Both the position numbers and the translations under genes were made by a program. Shown piece after piece: positions 8,669 through 17,673 of a DNA stretch of 59,895 bases (its first letter is position 1; every line of letters begins with the position of its first letter). The notes under the pieces were generated by a model. The model saw nothing but the letters and a program-made list of their open reading frames with translations, was not told where the DNA came from and did no database searches. The DNA is taken from the NCBI GenBank assembly GCA_964386095.1, contig CAYLQM010000002.1, positions 1 to 59,895 of the forward strand, in the 5' to 3' direction. This DNA is from an uncultured Methanosarcinales archaeon (GTDB lineage Archaea > Nanobdellota > Nanobdellia > Woesearchaeales > JASKKU01).

Positions 8669-9082
8669 TTAAAATTCGTTTAACTCATCCACAAAATTTA
8701 GATAACCTTTTCTGCGCAACCACTGCTCATCAGATTTTCTGTACTTATAAAGAATGTCTCCCTTTTCATTTCCTCCAAATTCCCACGGTTCTATAATCAA
8801 AATGTCTTTAGGCCTCACCCAAAGCTCTCGTTTTAATCTGCCAGGGATTCTGCAAACTCTGACCTTCCCATCTGAACAAATAACCCTGCTTCTCGAACCT
8901 CCAAGTCTGGATTCGAGAATTCCCAGGACTTGTTTGCCAGTAGGCAATCTTACTCTAAAATATGGATTTGAATCTTGAGTATTATTCTTCTGTTTTGTTG
9001 ATTTCATAATCTCCGCGGATATTCTTAAATTATATAAACATTTCCTTATTTTTGTGAGATAACCTTTATTTTGCCGAAACAA
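8669..9082 (-). CDS. eif1a: Translation initiation factor aIF-1A (S1/OB fold)
   Basis: RVRLPTGKQVLGILESRLGGSRSRVICSDGKVRVCRIPGRLKRELWVRPKDILIIEPWEF...KGDILYKY matches the eIF1A family; the real start is probably the internal Met at 9007 (MKSTKQKNN), giving about 112 aa. Confidence 0.85.
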   Translation of the reverse strand: MFRQNKGYLTKIRKCLYNLRISAEIMKSTKQKNNTQDSNPYFRVRLPTGKQVLGILESRLGGSRSRVICSDGKVRVCRIPGRLKRELWVRPKDILIIEPWEFGGNEKGDILYKYRKSDEQWLRRKGYLNFVDELNEF

Positions 9083-9091
9083 AAAATATAA

Positions 9092-9355
9092 TTATTTATT
9101 TTTAAGTTTTTGTTGAAGCACTGCCGTATTGCCTCGTACTTCAACGATCTGTGAATTAGAGAATTTTGTTATTAATTCTAAAGATTTTTCAATGATTTGC
9201 CTCCGCTTTCCATCAATTGAGTTTAAGAAGGCGGCAAGAAATTTTAGTTTTACGATTTTCTTCTTTTTGAGTCTGACTTTGATTTCATTAATTAAAGCTT
9301 CGCTGATTCCCCTTTTCCCTATTCTAATATCTACGGCTTTTTGCGAAAGGTTCAT
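9092..9355 (-). CDS. YhbY/CRS1-type (CRM domain) RNA-binding protein
   Basis: 87 aa; IRIGKRGISEALINEIKVRLKKKKIVKLKF fits the CRM-domain GKxG(I/L)T signature. Confidence 0.7.
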   Translation of the reverse strand: MNLSQKAVDIRIGKRGISEALINEIKVRLKKKKIVKLKFLAAFLNSIDGKRRQIIEKSLELITKFSNSQIVEVRGNTAVLQQKLKNK

Positions 9356-9434
9356 TTAAAGGTTAGATTGATAATTCATTTAAAAGAATTTTCAAAATCA
9401 ATTGTTGACTCAACTTGCGGTTTGATAAATGTTG

Positions 9435-11279
9435 TTAATTCCTATCGTGTCCGAGTTCTTTTCGCTTAGACAACTCATCGATATGTTGCAGTTTGTTTGT
9501 CAGAATTATATTTGGATCTTCAATAATCTTCTCGAGAAGAATGGATGCGTGTTCGCCTCCGAGGAAATGCGGTAGGATGATGTAATCTGCACCTTGTTCA
9601 TAGAGAGTTAAAGCGTCATCAATCTGATTTGCTGTCATAAATATTAAAGCTTTTTTGTTCTTGGTCTTGATTTTTGATAGCAATAACAAGTTATCTTCAA
9701 CTTCCGGAATGGTTGAAATAATAATGTTTACTTTATTAAAATCAATGCTGTCCAAAATTTCATCTTCAGAAATGTCACCGTAAATACAGGGAACATGCAT
9801 TTTTTTGAGTCTGTCAATAACTTCAGGATTGTAATCAACTACGAGCACATCTCTTTTCAACTCAAGAATTCGTTTTAATAAACTATATCCTGTACGATTG
9901 TAACCACACAACAATATTAAATTGTCTTTCAAGTTAACCTGTGAGATTATATCCTCTTCTTTTTCTTCATTTTTACTTCTCCAGTCAAGAAAGCTGATTT
10001 TGTTTTTTATCTTGTAAAATATTTTTGTACCATTAATGTTAAGGTATGACGAAGCAATCACTGTTGAAATCATTAGGAAGATTATCATTGAAATAAATTC
10101 CGAACTTAAATAGCCTTCAGCATATCCTAAATAAGCAATAATCAGACCAAACTCTGAAAGAGGCACCATGTTTATTCCAACAAGAAAGGAGACTCTTCTT
10201 TTATAACCAAAGAAACTAGTAGTTAATGTGTTTATTATCGGCTTGCCTATTAAGCTTGCAAGGAACGCTATTAAAAAAATCTTGAAATATGTAAAAGACA
10301 TGCTTTCAATTTGTAAACCTAATGAAACAAAAAATATAATTGAAAAGAAATCTCTAATAGGTCTGATTTTGCTGGCAATCTCAAGATTATATGGCAGGTT
10401 TGCTAACGAAACGCCAGCCAAGAATGACCCTATGGATATAGAAAATCCTGAAATTAACACTTTTGATAATGATGCGCTTAGATTTATTCCTAACAGTTTC
10501 ACAAAAAAATTAAAGATGACGCCAATTTTGAGAGCGAGGATACCAAAAAGGAATGCATATGACAAAGAAATTACAAATAACAACTCTTGATTTCTCGCAG
10601 CGTCGTGGAATATATGTTTATTAATTCTCTTTGAAAAGAAGATTACAATCGCCAACAATGCTAAAATCTTTGCCAATTGAATTAAAAATACTGATACGGA
10701 TAAACCTTTTGGGTTCTCAAGAACTGTTAATCCGAATATTGCTAATATGTCTTGAAGTAAAAGTATACCAATGATAATGCGCGCATGTACAGTTTCTATC
10801 TCTTTCTTATCAAAAAGCTGTTTGACAATAACCATTGTTGAAGAAAAGCAGAATATGATGCCAAAGTAAAGTATTTGAATCCAATCCTTAGAGCAAGTTA
10901 AGAATAAACTAATTCCTATCAAGAAAGATAGTGTGGTTGAAATTAGTCCCCCAAAAATCGCAACTTTCTTAACAGATTTTATCTTGCTGAGATTTAACTC
11001 TAAACCAACAATAAATAACAGAAAAGCAACACCTAACTCCGATAATGCTTCTACGAAACTGCTATTAATATTAAGGTATCTTGAGATGGCAAGTTTAAAT
11101 ATGATGCCTGAAAGCAAATACGCAATAATTGTTGGTTGTTTTAATTTTCGAAAGATGTAAGCAAGCGCTGATGATAGAATTATTATAATGCCAATACTTA
11201 AAAAAACGCTTGCTCCGTCAACACTCATACTTTCCTTACCAAAAATTATGTTTTTTAAGTTTTTTTCGTAATTAAACAA
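9435..11279 (-). CDS. Kef-type cation:proton antiporter (CPA2) fused to a C-terminal TrkA-N/RCK domain
   Basis: 614 aa; about 12 predicted TM segments, then a Rossmann-like ILLCGYNRTGYSLLKRILELKRDVLVVDYNPE...YGDISEDEIL segment. Confidence 0.8.
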   Translation of the reverse strand: MFNYEKNLKNIIFGKESMSVDGASVFLSIGIIIILSSALAYIFRKLKQPTIIAYLLSGIIFKLAISRYLNINSSFVEALSELGVAFLLFIVGLELNLSKIKSVKKVAIFGGLISTTLSFLIGISLFLTCSKDWIQILYFGIIFCFSSTMVIVKQLFDKKEIETVHARIIIGILLLQDILAIFGLTVLENPKGLSVSVFLIQLAKILALLAIVIFFSKRINKHIFHDAARNQELLFVISLSYAFLFGILALKIGVIFNFFVKLLGINLSASLSKVLISGFSISIGSFLAGVSLANLPYNLEIASKIRPIRDFFSIIFFVSLGLQIESMSFTYFKIFLIAFLASLIGKPIINTLTTSFFGYKRRVSFLVGINMVPLSEFGLIIAYLGYAEGYLSSEFISMIIFLMISTVIASSYLNINGTKIFYKIKNKISFLDWRSKNEEKEEDIISQVNLKDNLILLCGYNRTGYSLLKRILELKRDVLVVDYNPEVIDRLKKMHVPCIYGDISEDEILDSIDFNKVNIIISTIPEVEDNLLLLSKIKTKNKKALIFMTANQIDDALTLYEQGADYIILPHFLGGEHASILLEKIIEDPNIILTNKLQHIDELSKRKELGHDRN

Positions 11280-11452
11280 TGCTCAATTCACAAGTCACAC
11301 TCAATTTTATTTCTTGTTCCGAATAAAGAGTGAAAGAATTTGTTTTTCAGGATTATTGTGGTTTATTTGTAATATCTTTTTTACAAAATCCGAAAGGTTT
11401 AAATATGATTGATGTAATATATTTTTTACCTGATTTTAGAAGGGAATAAAAA

Positions 11453-11857
11453 ATGAAACAAAATAGAAACATAAAAGATTCTGTTTGGAGATACGGCTTT
11501 GCATCTGTAGTGATACTTGTTGGAGTATTTCTCTCTTATTTAAATGTTGGGAACGAATTTTTGGGGTTTTCTTCGGTAGGTTTCTGGTTAATATATGTAG
11601 GGATCATAATGTTGGCTGTTACAACGATACAATTAATATTTAACAAAAAAAGGGTTGTTGATGAACGAATGCAATTTGTAGCTACAAAGGCAGCACGAAT
11701 AACCTTCATCGGAATAATCTTATTCGCATTCATAATCATGATCGCTGATGGAATAAAACCAATAACTCTCTCATATTCGTATTTTATGAGTTACTTTATC
11801 TGTGGGATTGTTTTATTATACTCAATCTCCTATAAGATTTTGCTTAAGTATTATTAA
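11453..11857 (+). CDS. Small 4-TM membrane protein (possibly DUF2178-like) paired with the downstream XRE regulator
   Basis: 134 aa, four hydrophobic segments; the gene pair (membrane protein plus YozG-like HTH) is a recurrent bacterial arrangement. Confidence 0.5.
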   Translation: MKQNRNIKDSVWRYGFASVVILVGVFLSYLNVGNEFLGFSSVGFWLIYVGIIMLAVTTIQLIFNKKRVVDERMQFVATKAARITFIGIILFAFIIMIADGIKPITLSYSYFMSYFICGIVLLYSISYKILLKYY

Positions 11858-11873
11858 AATGAAAAATTAAAAA

Positions 11874-12071
11874 ATGAAAAATAAGATCGCTTCGTTGAGA
11901 AAGAAATATAAAATTACACAACAAGAGTTAGCAACCATGGTGAATGTTACTAGACAAACCATTTTGTCTTTAGAATTTGGCAGATACAACCCATCGCTAA
12001 AGTTGGCGTATAAGATTACCCGAGCTTTAAAACAGAAACACATTGAAGATGTATTTCAATTAGAAGAATAA
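11874..12071 (+). CDS. XRE-family (YozG-like) helix-turn-helix transcriptional regulator
   Basis: 65 aa; [39 protein letters not shown] is a canonical Cro/C1 HTH. Confidence 0.8.
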   Translation: MKNKIASLRKKYKITQQELATMVNVTRQTILSLEFGRYNPSLKLAYKITRALKQKHIEDVFQLEE

Positions 12072-12266
12072 ATCTGTGACAAATGTGTCAATAATATCTT
12101 TTAATGAATTTAATGTTTCTTCATTTCTTTGCTTTGTTTCTTTATTATGCTCTCTTGTAATTAGATGAAGCTAAAGTTTGAACTTAAAACCTTTTTTATT
12201 TCATCCACGATAAACTAATTGAATCTTAAATCGAAACATTTAAATATGCATATTTAAAGGAAAAGA

Positions 12267-12845
12267 TTGATGACTGAGCAATCTTTGTTTAGAGGTGCTA
12301 TAGAATCTTTGAACAAGTTAGGACTTTATGATGTAGTTCTTCCATTCTTGCTTATATTTACTTTAATGTTTGCAATTCTCGAAAAAACAAAAATTCTCGG
12401 AACAGAGAAAATTAATGGTGAAGAAGTTCCCAGGAAAAACCTAAACTCAATGGTGGCTTTTTCAGTTGCCTTATTTGTAGTGGCATCTTCTAAAGCAGTT
12501 TCTTTAATTAGTACTTTGATTGCAAATATTATTGTATTCGTTGTTATAGCGTTCCTTTATCTGGTTGTAATAGGTGTTGTTTTCCATCCATCAAAAGAAA
12601 AACCAGAATTCACGATTCCTGCAGGTGTGAAATATCCAACAATGGCTCTTGGTGCGTTTGTTTTAATCATTCTTTTCTTTCGATCTTTGGGAATGGGAGA
12701 AATAGGTAAAGTAGTCGGAAACTTTTTTCAAGAATATTTCTTAACTTCAACTGTGCTTTCATCAATTGTACTTTTAGCAGTTCTAATAATCTCTCTAGTT
12801 TTCATTGTTAAAGAACCAAAATCAAAATCAAAAGGAGGTGAATAG
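12267..12845 (+). CDS. Uncharacterised polytopic membrane protein, paralogue 1 of 3
   Basis: 192 aa; about 5 TM; N-terminal signature LGLYDVVLPFLLIFTLMFAILEKTKILG shared with the next two genes; C-terminal IVKEPKSKSKGG. Confidence 0.55.
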   Translation: MMTEQSLFRGAIESLNKLGLYDVVLPFLLIFTLMFAILEKTKILGTEKINGEEVPRKNLNSMVAFSVALFVVASSKAVSLISTLIANIIVFVVIAFLYLVVIGVVFHPSKEKPEFTIPAGVKYPTMALGAFVLIILFFRSLGMGEIGKVVGNFFQEYFLTSTVLSSIVLLAVLIISLVFIVKEPKSKSKGGE

Positions 12846-12846
12846 A

Positions 12847-13470
12847 TTGGATTTTTATGATTTTTTTTGGCGATTGAAGGAGATGGGCATTGGAGATGTT
12901 TTTATACCGTTTCTGTTAATCTTTACATTGATGTATGCGGTGCTTCAAACCATAAAATTGTTTGGGAAAGATGGTTCAGCTAAGAAATTTAATATTATTA
13001 TTGCTTTATCAATTGCCCTTATAGTAGTCATACCTCATGTTACAGGCGACTATCCGCCAGGCAAGGATATTGTTACCATACTCAATCAAGCAATTCCCGG
13101 AGTTGTGGGTGTAGCTATTGCTGTAATTATGTTTTTTATACTCGTAGGTGCTTTTGGCGGAGTTCAACCTAGCACAAAGAATCTTGGAGGCGTATTTGTG
13201 TTCCTTTCCATTATAGTTATTCTGGTGATTTTTGGCAATGCTGCAGGTTGGTTCGGTGCAGGAGCTGGAGCGACATTGCCTGCCTGGCTGAATTTTCTCA
13301 ATGATCCTGATGTAGCAACATTTATTGTAATCATCTTGGCTTTTGGCATAGTGCTTTGGTTGATTGTTCATGAGCCAAAGAAGAATGGAGGCCGTAGTGG
13401 CAGCTTAAGTAATTTTGGCAAGGGTTTGGCTAACTTTTTCGAATGGTTTGCTGGAGAAAATAAGAAGTAA
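12847..13470 (+). CDS. Uncharacterised polytopic membrane protein, paralogue 2 of 3
   Basis: The ORF track starts at 12805, but an in-frame TTG at 12847 sits 6 nt after a strong GGAGGTG (12834-12840) and just past the upstream stop; an ATG at 12883 is also possible. Signature MGIGDVFIPFLLIFTLMYAVLQTIKLFG; C-terminal IVHEPKKNGG. Confidence 0.55.
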   Translation: MDFYDFFWRLKEMGIGDVFIPFLLIFTLMYAVLQTIKLFGKDGSAKKFNIIIALSIALIVVIPHVTGDYPPGKDIVTILNQAIPGVVGVAIAVIMFFILVGAFGGVQPSTKNLGGVFVFLSIIVILVIFGNAAGWFGAGAGATLPAWLNFLNDPDVATFIVIILAFGIVLWLIVHEPKKNGGRSGSLSNFGKGLANFFEWFAGENKK

Positions 13471-13519
13471 GTAAAAATATTTTTTATCTTTTAAAGTTTA
13501 AAGAAGATTTTATTTTAAA

Positions 13520-14056
13520 ATGGCATCTTTAATATCATCACAACTGTTTAGTTTTATGAATCCTGTTTTTGTGTTTTTATTTACTTATGCTTTAGTTTAC
13601 GCATTGCTTATCAAATCCAAGGTCTTGGGAGAACATAAAGGAGTGTCTTCAATTCTTTCTTTGGTAATCGCTATATTCGTTGCAAGTTCATCCGATTATG
13701 CGTTAATTTCATCAGCATTTCCGCCTTTTATTCTAATTTTATTGCTTTTCGTATTCCTTCTTATAATTGGACATTTCTTGGGTTTAGATTCAAAAAATTT
13801 TGTTAAAATCTTTGGAGGGGAAAGGGGAGCAAGCTGGTTTGTTTTTATTATTGCTTTGATTTTGATAGGGGCAATCCTCGCTAACTTTTATGGTGGCAAA
13901 CTGTTAGAAATGGGCACCCAGTCTAATTCCACAACAGAACCACAATCAGAGTTTCAGAAGAATCTTGTGAAATCTGTATTCAATGAAAATGTTTTAGGTT
14001 TCATCCTTGTTCTATTAGTTGCATTCTTCGCTATGAGATTTATTGCGGGGACTTAA
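13520..14056 (+). CDS. Uncharacterised polytopic membrane protein, paralogue 3 of 3 (more divergent)
   Basis: 178 aa; MNPVFVFLFTYALVYALLIKSKVLG aligns with the signature of paralogues 1 and 2; similar TM layout. Confidence 0.5.
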   Translation: MASLISSQLFSFMNPVFVFLFTYALVYALLIKSKVLGEHKGVSSILSLVIAIFVASSSDYALISSAFPPFILILLLFVFLLIIGHFLGLDSKNFVKIFGGERGASWFVFIIALILIGAILANFYGGKLLEMGTQSNSTTEPQSEFQKNLVKSVFNENVLGFILVLLVAFFAMRFIAGT

Positions 14057-14072
14057 GTTTTCTAAGAATTAT

Positions 14073-14789
14073 TTACTGTTTCTTGGGTTCCTTAGCATTA
14101 TCCACGATATCCTTTAATTGATGAATGCTCGACACGAATTCAGGCAACATGTCCCCAAAAACTTTTTGAAGTGCTTTAAGATCTGTACCGAAATCAACAA
14201 TATGATTGTCATATTCCTTTATCTTTGAGAATATGCTGTTTTTAAGATTAGACATCTCCTTTTCAAGAGCATTCGTGCGTTCCGATATCTTGTTTATCCT
14301 TTCTTCCATTCTGTTTTTCCATTCAACAATCTTTTTAACATTCTCAATGAGTTCGTCCCATTTTTCTTCAATTATTGTTTCGCTAATCTCTTGAACTTTT
14401 TCAATCAAATCTGCATTCAATTTCGATGTATTATCTTGGGTGGTTTCAATGGTTTCTTGCGTAATTCTTTCTCGAGTATTTTCTATGTTTGTTTCAGGTT
14501 CTGATTGAGATGTTGTTTGTTGCAATTGCACGTCAGATGAACTTTGTTGCATTGTGCGTTGTTGTTCTTGAACTGCTTGATTTTGTTGAGTCGCATCCCC
14601 TGATGGAGGATTTTTCATAGATTGTTTGAGGTCAAGTTGCGTTAACGCATCATAAACCTGACTCGAACTATAACCGTTAGAAATTAAACTTTGTACTATC
14701 TGATAATCCGAAGTCCCTTTTGCGCGCTGTTCTGATATAAATCTCATTAATGCAGATAAATCCATAATCTTTTCAGTTGCATGAGGCAT
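14073..14789 (-). CDS. Hypothetical protein: small N-terminal helical domain, Q/T/S-rich low-complexity linker, C-terminal coiled coil
   Basis: 238 aa; N-terminal duplicated motif KGTSDYQIVQSLISN / GYSSSQVYDALTQL; linker QQNQAVQEQQRTMQQSSSDVQLQQTTSQ; heptad-rich C-terminal ~110 aa. Confidence 0.45.
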   Translation of the reverse strand: MPHATEKIMDLSALMRFISEQRAKGTSDYQIVQSLISNGYSSSQVYDALTQLDLKQSMKNPPSGDATQQNQAVQEQQRTMQQSSSDVQLQQTTSQSEPETNIENTRERITQETIETTQDNTSKLNADLIEKVQEISETIIEEKWDELIENVKKIVEWKNRMEERINKISERTNALEKEMSNLKNSIFSKIKEYDNHIVDFGTDLKALQKVFGDMLPEFVSSIHQLKDIVDNAKEPKKQ

Positions 14790-14794
14790 TGTTT

Positions 14795-15277
14795 TTATTT
14801 AAAAAATAGTTTATTTAAATCTTTTTTGATTTTAGTATTCTTCTCTCTCGAAACATATATTTCTTCTTGGAGAATTCTTTTTACATCATCAATCGTAGCA
14901 AATTTTACAGGATTCCATAACTCCAAATATTTCTTTATTTCTTTGACTGAATTTTTGTTAGCAACATTCTTCAATGTTTGCGAGATGTTATCTATAGTCT
15001 CCTTGATTTCATTAACTTCTTTCGTTATGGTTTGTAATTGTTCACTCAACTTTGAAATCTTTTGATTTGCTGAACGTTCAAAATTGACCAAATTTTGTTC
15101 TAGCAGCTCAAACTTCCTAGATAAAAGCGTTTGCTTTTCTTCAGACAATTTAAGTCTGCGGCTTGTAGTTTCTAAGTTTTGAAGGACTAACTGAAAATTA
15201 GCATTGGATGGAGGATTATTTCGGGTAGGTTGTTGAATTTTCGTAGAATTGTTGCTAAACGGGCTTGCAGTGTTCAT
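14795..15277 (-). CDS. Hypothetical coiled-coil protein with an N/P/S-rich N-terminus
   Basis: 160 aa; about 90 aa of continuous heptads (LQNLETTSRRLKLSEEKQ...ETIDNISQTLKNV), then YLELWNPVKFATIDDVKRIL; 5-nt spacer to the downstream gene. Confidence 0.45.
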   Translation of the reverse strand: MNTASPFSNNSTKIQQPTRNNPPSNANFQLVLQNLETTSRRLKLSEEKQTLLSRKFELLEQNLVNFERSANQKISKLSEQLQTITKEVNEIKETIDNISQTLKNVANKNSVKEIKKYLELWNPVKFATIDDVKRILQEEIYVSREKNTKIKKDLNKLFFK

Positions 15278-15405
15278 AACACTAATAGTCTTTTTATGTT
15301 TTATAAAATTTTAGTTTCTCTTTTTAGGGATATATCCTTAGAACCTTTAAAAGTGTTGATTCGAAAAAATCGTTTAGAGTGGATTAATGTATTTAATTAA
15401 CGCAT

Positions 15406-17118
15406 TCAATTAATCAATTTAGCCATGTAACTTGAGTATTTTCTATATCCCATTTTTCTGTAGTAACCTCTTACACCTAATCCTGAAATGACCAAAATCT
15501 TTTTCATACCGTGACTTTTTGCGATTTCTTCAGCTTTCTTTAACAATCTTGAACCTGTCCCTGTATGTTGAATTTGCCCGCTAACTCCAATCTTTTCTGA
15601 ACGGCCATAAACATGCAGTTCCCTAATAAGTGCAGTATTAATGTTTATTTCTTTTATTAACGATTGAGATGGGAACCTTAATCTACAAAATCCAAAGATA
15701 AACTGTCTGTCTTCATCTTCTTCACTTATAAAGAACTCTGTACCTTTAGACGCCGAATATTTTTCGATAAATATGCAACGTTTAAGTTTTGTTATGTCGA
15801 TTTCTTTTTCTCTTAGGTTTAATCCAATTTCTCTGAATCTGATTTCTTTAATGGGTTCATCTTTAAGCTTTCGGTATAACACTTCTCTAAGATTAGTTAA
15901 ATTGACTCCTGATTCAATAATGTGTGAAGGGATGTCTCGTTGTATTCTCATAATCCTTACATATCTTGGAATTATTGGATATACTTTTTCCAACAACTTT
16001 ATTGCATATTCATTATCAGCTTCTTTGAATTTCCCGTGTTTCCACCACCGATAGAGGTCCGTTCCTTTAACGACCAAACAGGGATATATTTTTAACATAT
16101 CAGGTTTAAAATCTTGATTTCGGAACAATTCCACGAACATATTATAATCTCTTTCAAAGTCGCTTCCGGGCAATCCAATCATTATGTGATAATTTATTTT
16201 GAAACCGAGGTCTTTTAGAACCCGGGTTGCTATAATACTGTCTTTAACAGAATGTCCTCTCTTAACCTTTTTAAGCACATCTTCATATATGCTTTGAACG
16301 CCAAGTTCAACTCGGGTTGCGCCCAATTCTAACATATTTCTTGCATGTTTCAGTTTTGCATAATCAGGCCTGGTTTCAATGGTCAATCCAATGCACTTAA
16401 CTTTGCTGATTTTATCATTATACTCTTGTTCAAGTTTAAGATTTGCTTTGCTCTTTAATTTTAACAATCTTTTTTGTACGGTTTTGACTCGTTTGACATT
16501 GCTTGCAGAACCTGGTAATAAAAAAAAGTCTCTGAATTTTTTTAAATTAAACTTTTCACCCTTATAGAACATTCTTGAAAAATCGTTTATGGCTCTTAAT
16601 GCTGAAGCTACAAAATTGCGTTGATACTTAAGATTTAGAGATGGAAAAGTTCCCCCCATGATAATCAGTTCGATTTTGTTGAAATTATGTCCCATTACCA
16701 CATATTGCTCTATCCTGTTCATTACTTGAAGATACGCGTCATAATCGTTCCTCCGCGCTCTCATACTTGCGGGCTCATGACCAGTATATGATTGAGGCAC
16801 ATCCCCAAAAGCACTGTTAACTCCGCCAGGACAAAAAACGCATCGGCCGTGAGGACAAGGTGCAGGCTTAGTCATTATGGCGCAAACAGAAACTCCTGAC
16901 AATGTTCTTGTTGGTTTAGTGAGAAGCACTTGCTTTAATATTTTAAATTCCTTATCTGTTGCATGGGAAAGTATTTCAATATCTGTAGGAAACTTTTTTA
17001 GTTTGTATTTCCTGGCAAGTTTTAATTTTATGCTGTTAATCCTGTATTTGTCTTTAGGTTTCTCTTTTAGCAGAATTTTGATAAATTCCATAAAAACCAT
17101 TTCTATTCTATTTTGCAT
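15406..17118 (-). CDS. elp3: Elp3-type tRNA wobble-uridine modification enzyme (radical SAM plus GNAT acetyltransferase domains)
   Basis: 570 aa; Cys-rich CPHGRCVFCPGG motif characteristic of Elp3, ELGVQS radical-SAM core, C-terminal GNAT segment (HTGTGSRLLKKAEEIA). Confidence 0.9.
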   Translation of the reverse strand: MQNRIEMVFMEFIKILLKEKPKDKYRINSIKLKLARKYKLKKFPTDIEILSHATDKEFKILKQVLLTKPTRTLSGVSVCAIMTKPAPCPHGRCVFCPGGVNSAFGDVPQSYTGHEPASMRARRNDYDAYLQVMNRIEQYVVMGHNFNKIELIIMGGTFPSLNLKYQRNFVASALRAINDFSRMFYKGEKFNLKKFRDFFLLPGSASNVKRVKTVQKRLLKLKSKANLKLEQEYNDKISKVKCIGLTIETRPDYAKLKHARNMLELGATRVELGVQSIYEDVLKKVKRGHSVKDSIIATRVLKDLGFKINYHIMIGLPGSDFERDYNMFVELFRNQDFKPDMLKIYPCLVVKGTDLYRWWKHGKFKEADNEYAIKLLEKVYPIIPRYVRIMRIQRDIPSHIIESGVNLTNLREVLYRKLKDEPIKEIRFREIGLNLREKEIDITKLKRCIFIEKYSASKGTEFFISEEDEDRQFIFGFCRLRFPSQSLIKEININTALIRELHVYGRSEKIGVSGQIQHTGTGSRLLKKAEEIAKSHGMKKILVISGLGVRGYYRKMGYRKYSSYMAKLIN

Positions 17119-17167
17119 AACATCTAGAAAATCCTTTTAGTTTAAAAATTTTTGAAAAAGAAAAATA

Positions 17168-17620
17168 TTATTTTTTGGAGATTATTAATTCATGCAATTT
17201 TTTGAGCTCATTAAAATTAGCAGTTGGTCCTAACTTGGAAGTAAGATAACCCGCATATCTTTCAAACCAAACCCTCTCTGGACCTGTTGTTTCTATAAAT
17301 TCTTCTCCAATACCATGCATTGGATAAACTTTGATGTGCGCATGATTAACTCCAGTGCCCTCAAATATAAAGCCCACTCTATTAACTTTTAACGCTTTTT
17401 TCAGCAGATTTCCAACTTCCTTGACCGCTATGAACATGTTGGAAAAAAGATTATTGTCCATTTTTAACAAATCTGAATCGTAGTGCTGTTTTGAAATAAC
17501 AAGCGTTTGTCCTTTGCAGTTTGGGTTAATATCCAAAATGGCTACAAATTCATCGTTTTCCCAAATCTTAAAACACGGGATTTCTTCTTTTATGATTTTG
17601 CAGAATACGCATTCTTTCAT
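17168..17620 (-). CDS. HIT (histidine triad) family hydrolase, variant triad
   Basis: CVFCKII...ILDINPNCKGQTLVISKQH and GVNHAHIKVYP: the H-x-H-x-H triad reads H-A-H-I-K. Confidence 0.75.
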   Translation of the reverse strand: MKECVFCKIIKEEIPCFKIWENDEFVAILDINPNCKGQTLVISKQHYDSDLLKMDNNLFSNMFIAVKEVGNLLKKALKVNRVGFIFEGTGVNHAHIKVYPMHGIGEEFIETTGPERVWFERYAGYLTSKLGPTANFNELKKLHELIISKK

Positions 17621-17673
17621 TTAGAACCCTCCGACAAAATATTATTAAAAAAATATAAAAAAGATGAAAGATT

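Noticed and set aside
10228-10590. 120-aa ORF antisense to the Kef antiporter (a similar case at 13009..13371 lies antisense to membrane paralogue 2)
   Set aside because: Shadow frames of membrane-protein genes, with no motifs and no start context.
12805-12846. Upstream ATG start for membrane paralogue 2, overlapping paralogue 1 by 41 nt
   Set aside because: The in-frame TTG at 12847 follows GGAGGTG at ideal spacing and avoids the overlap. The extra N-terminal residues (MLKNQNQNQKEVNR) are just the alternative reading of paralogue 1's Lys-rich tail.
15328-15337. Perfect 10-bp palindrome GGATATATCC upstream of the coiled-coil operon
   Set aside because: It is centred on a TATA sequence at promoter distance from the 15277 start. 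It is most simply the TATA box itself, and short AT palindromes are expected by chance here.
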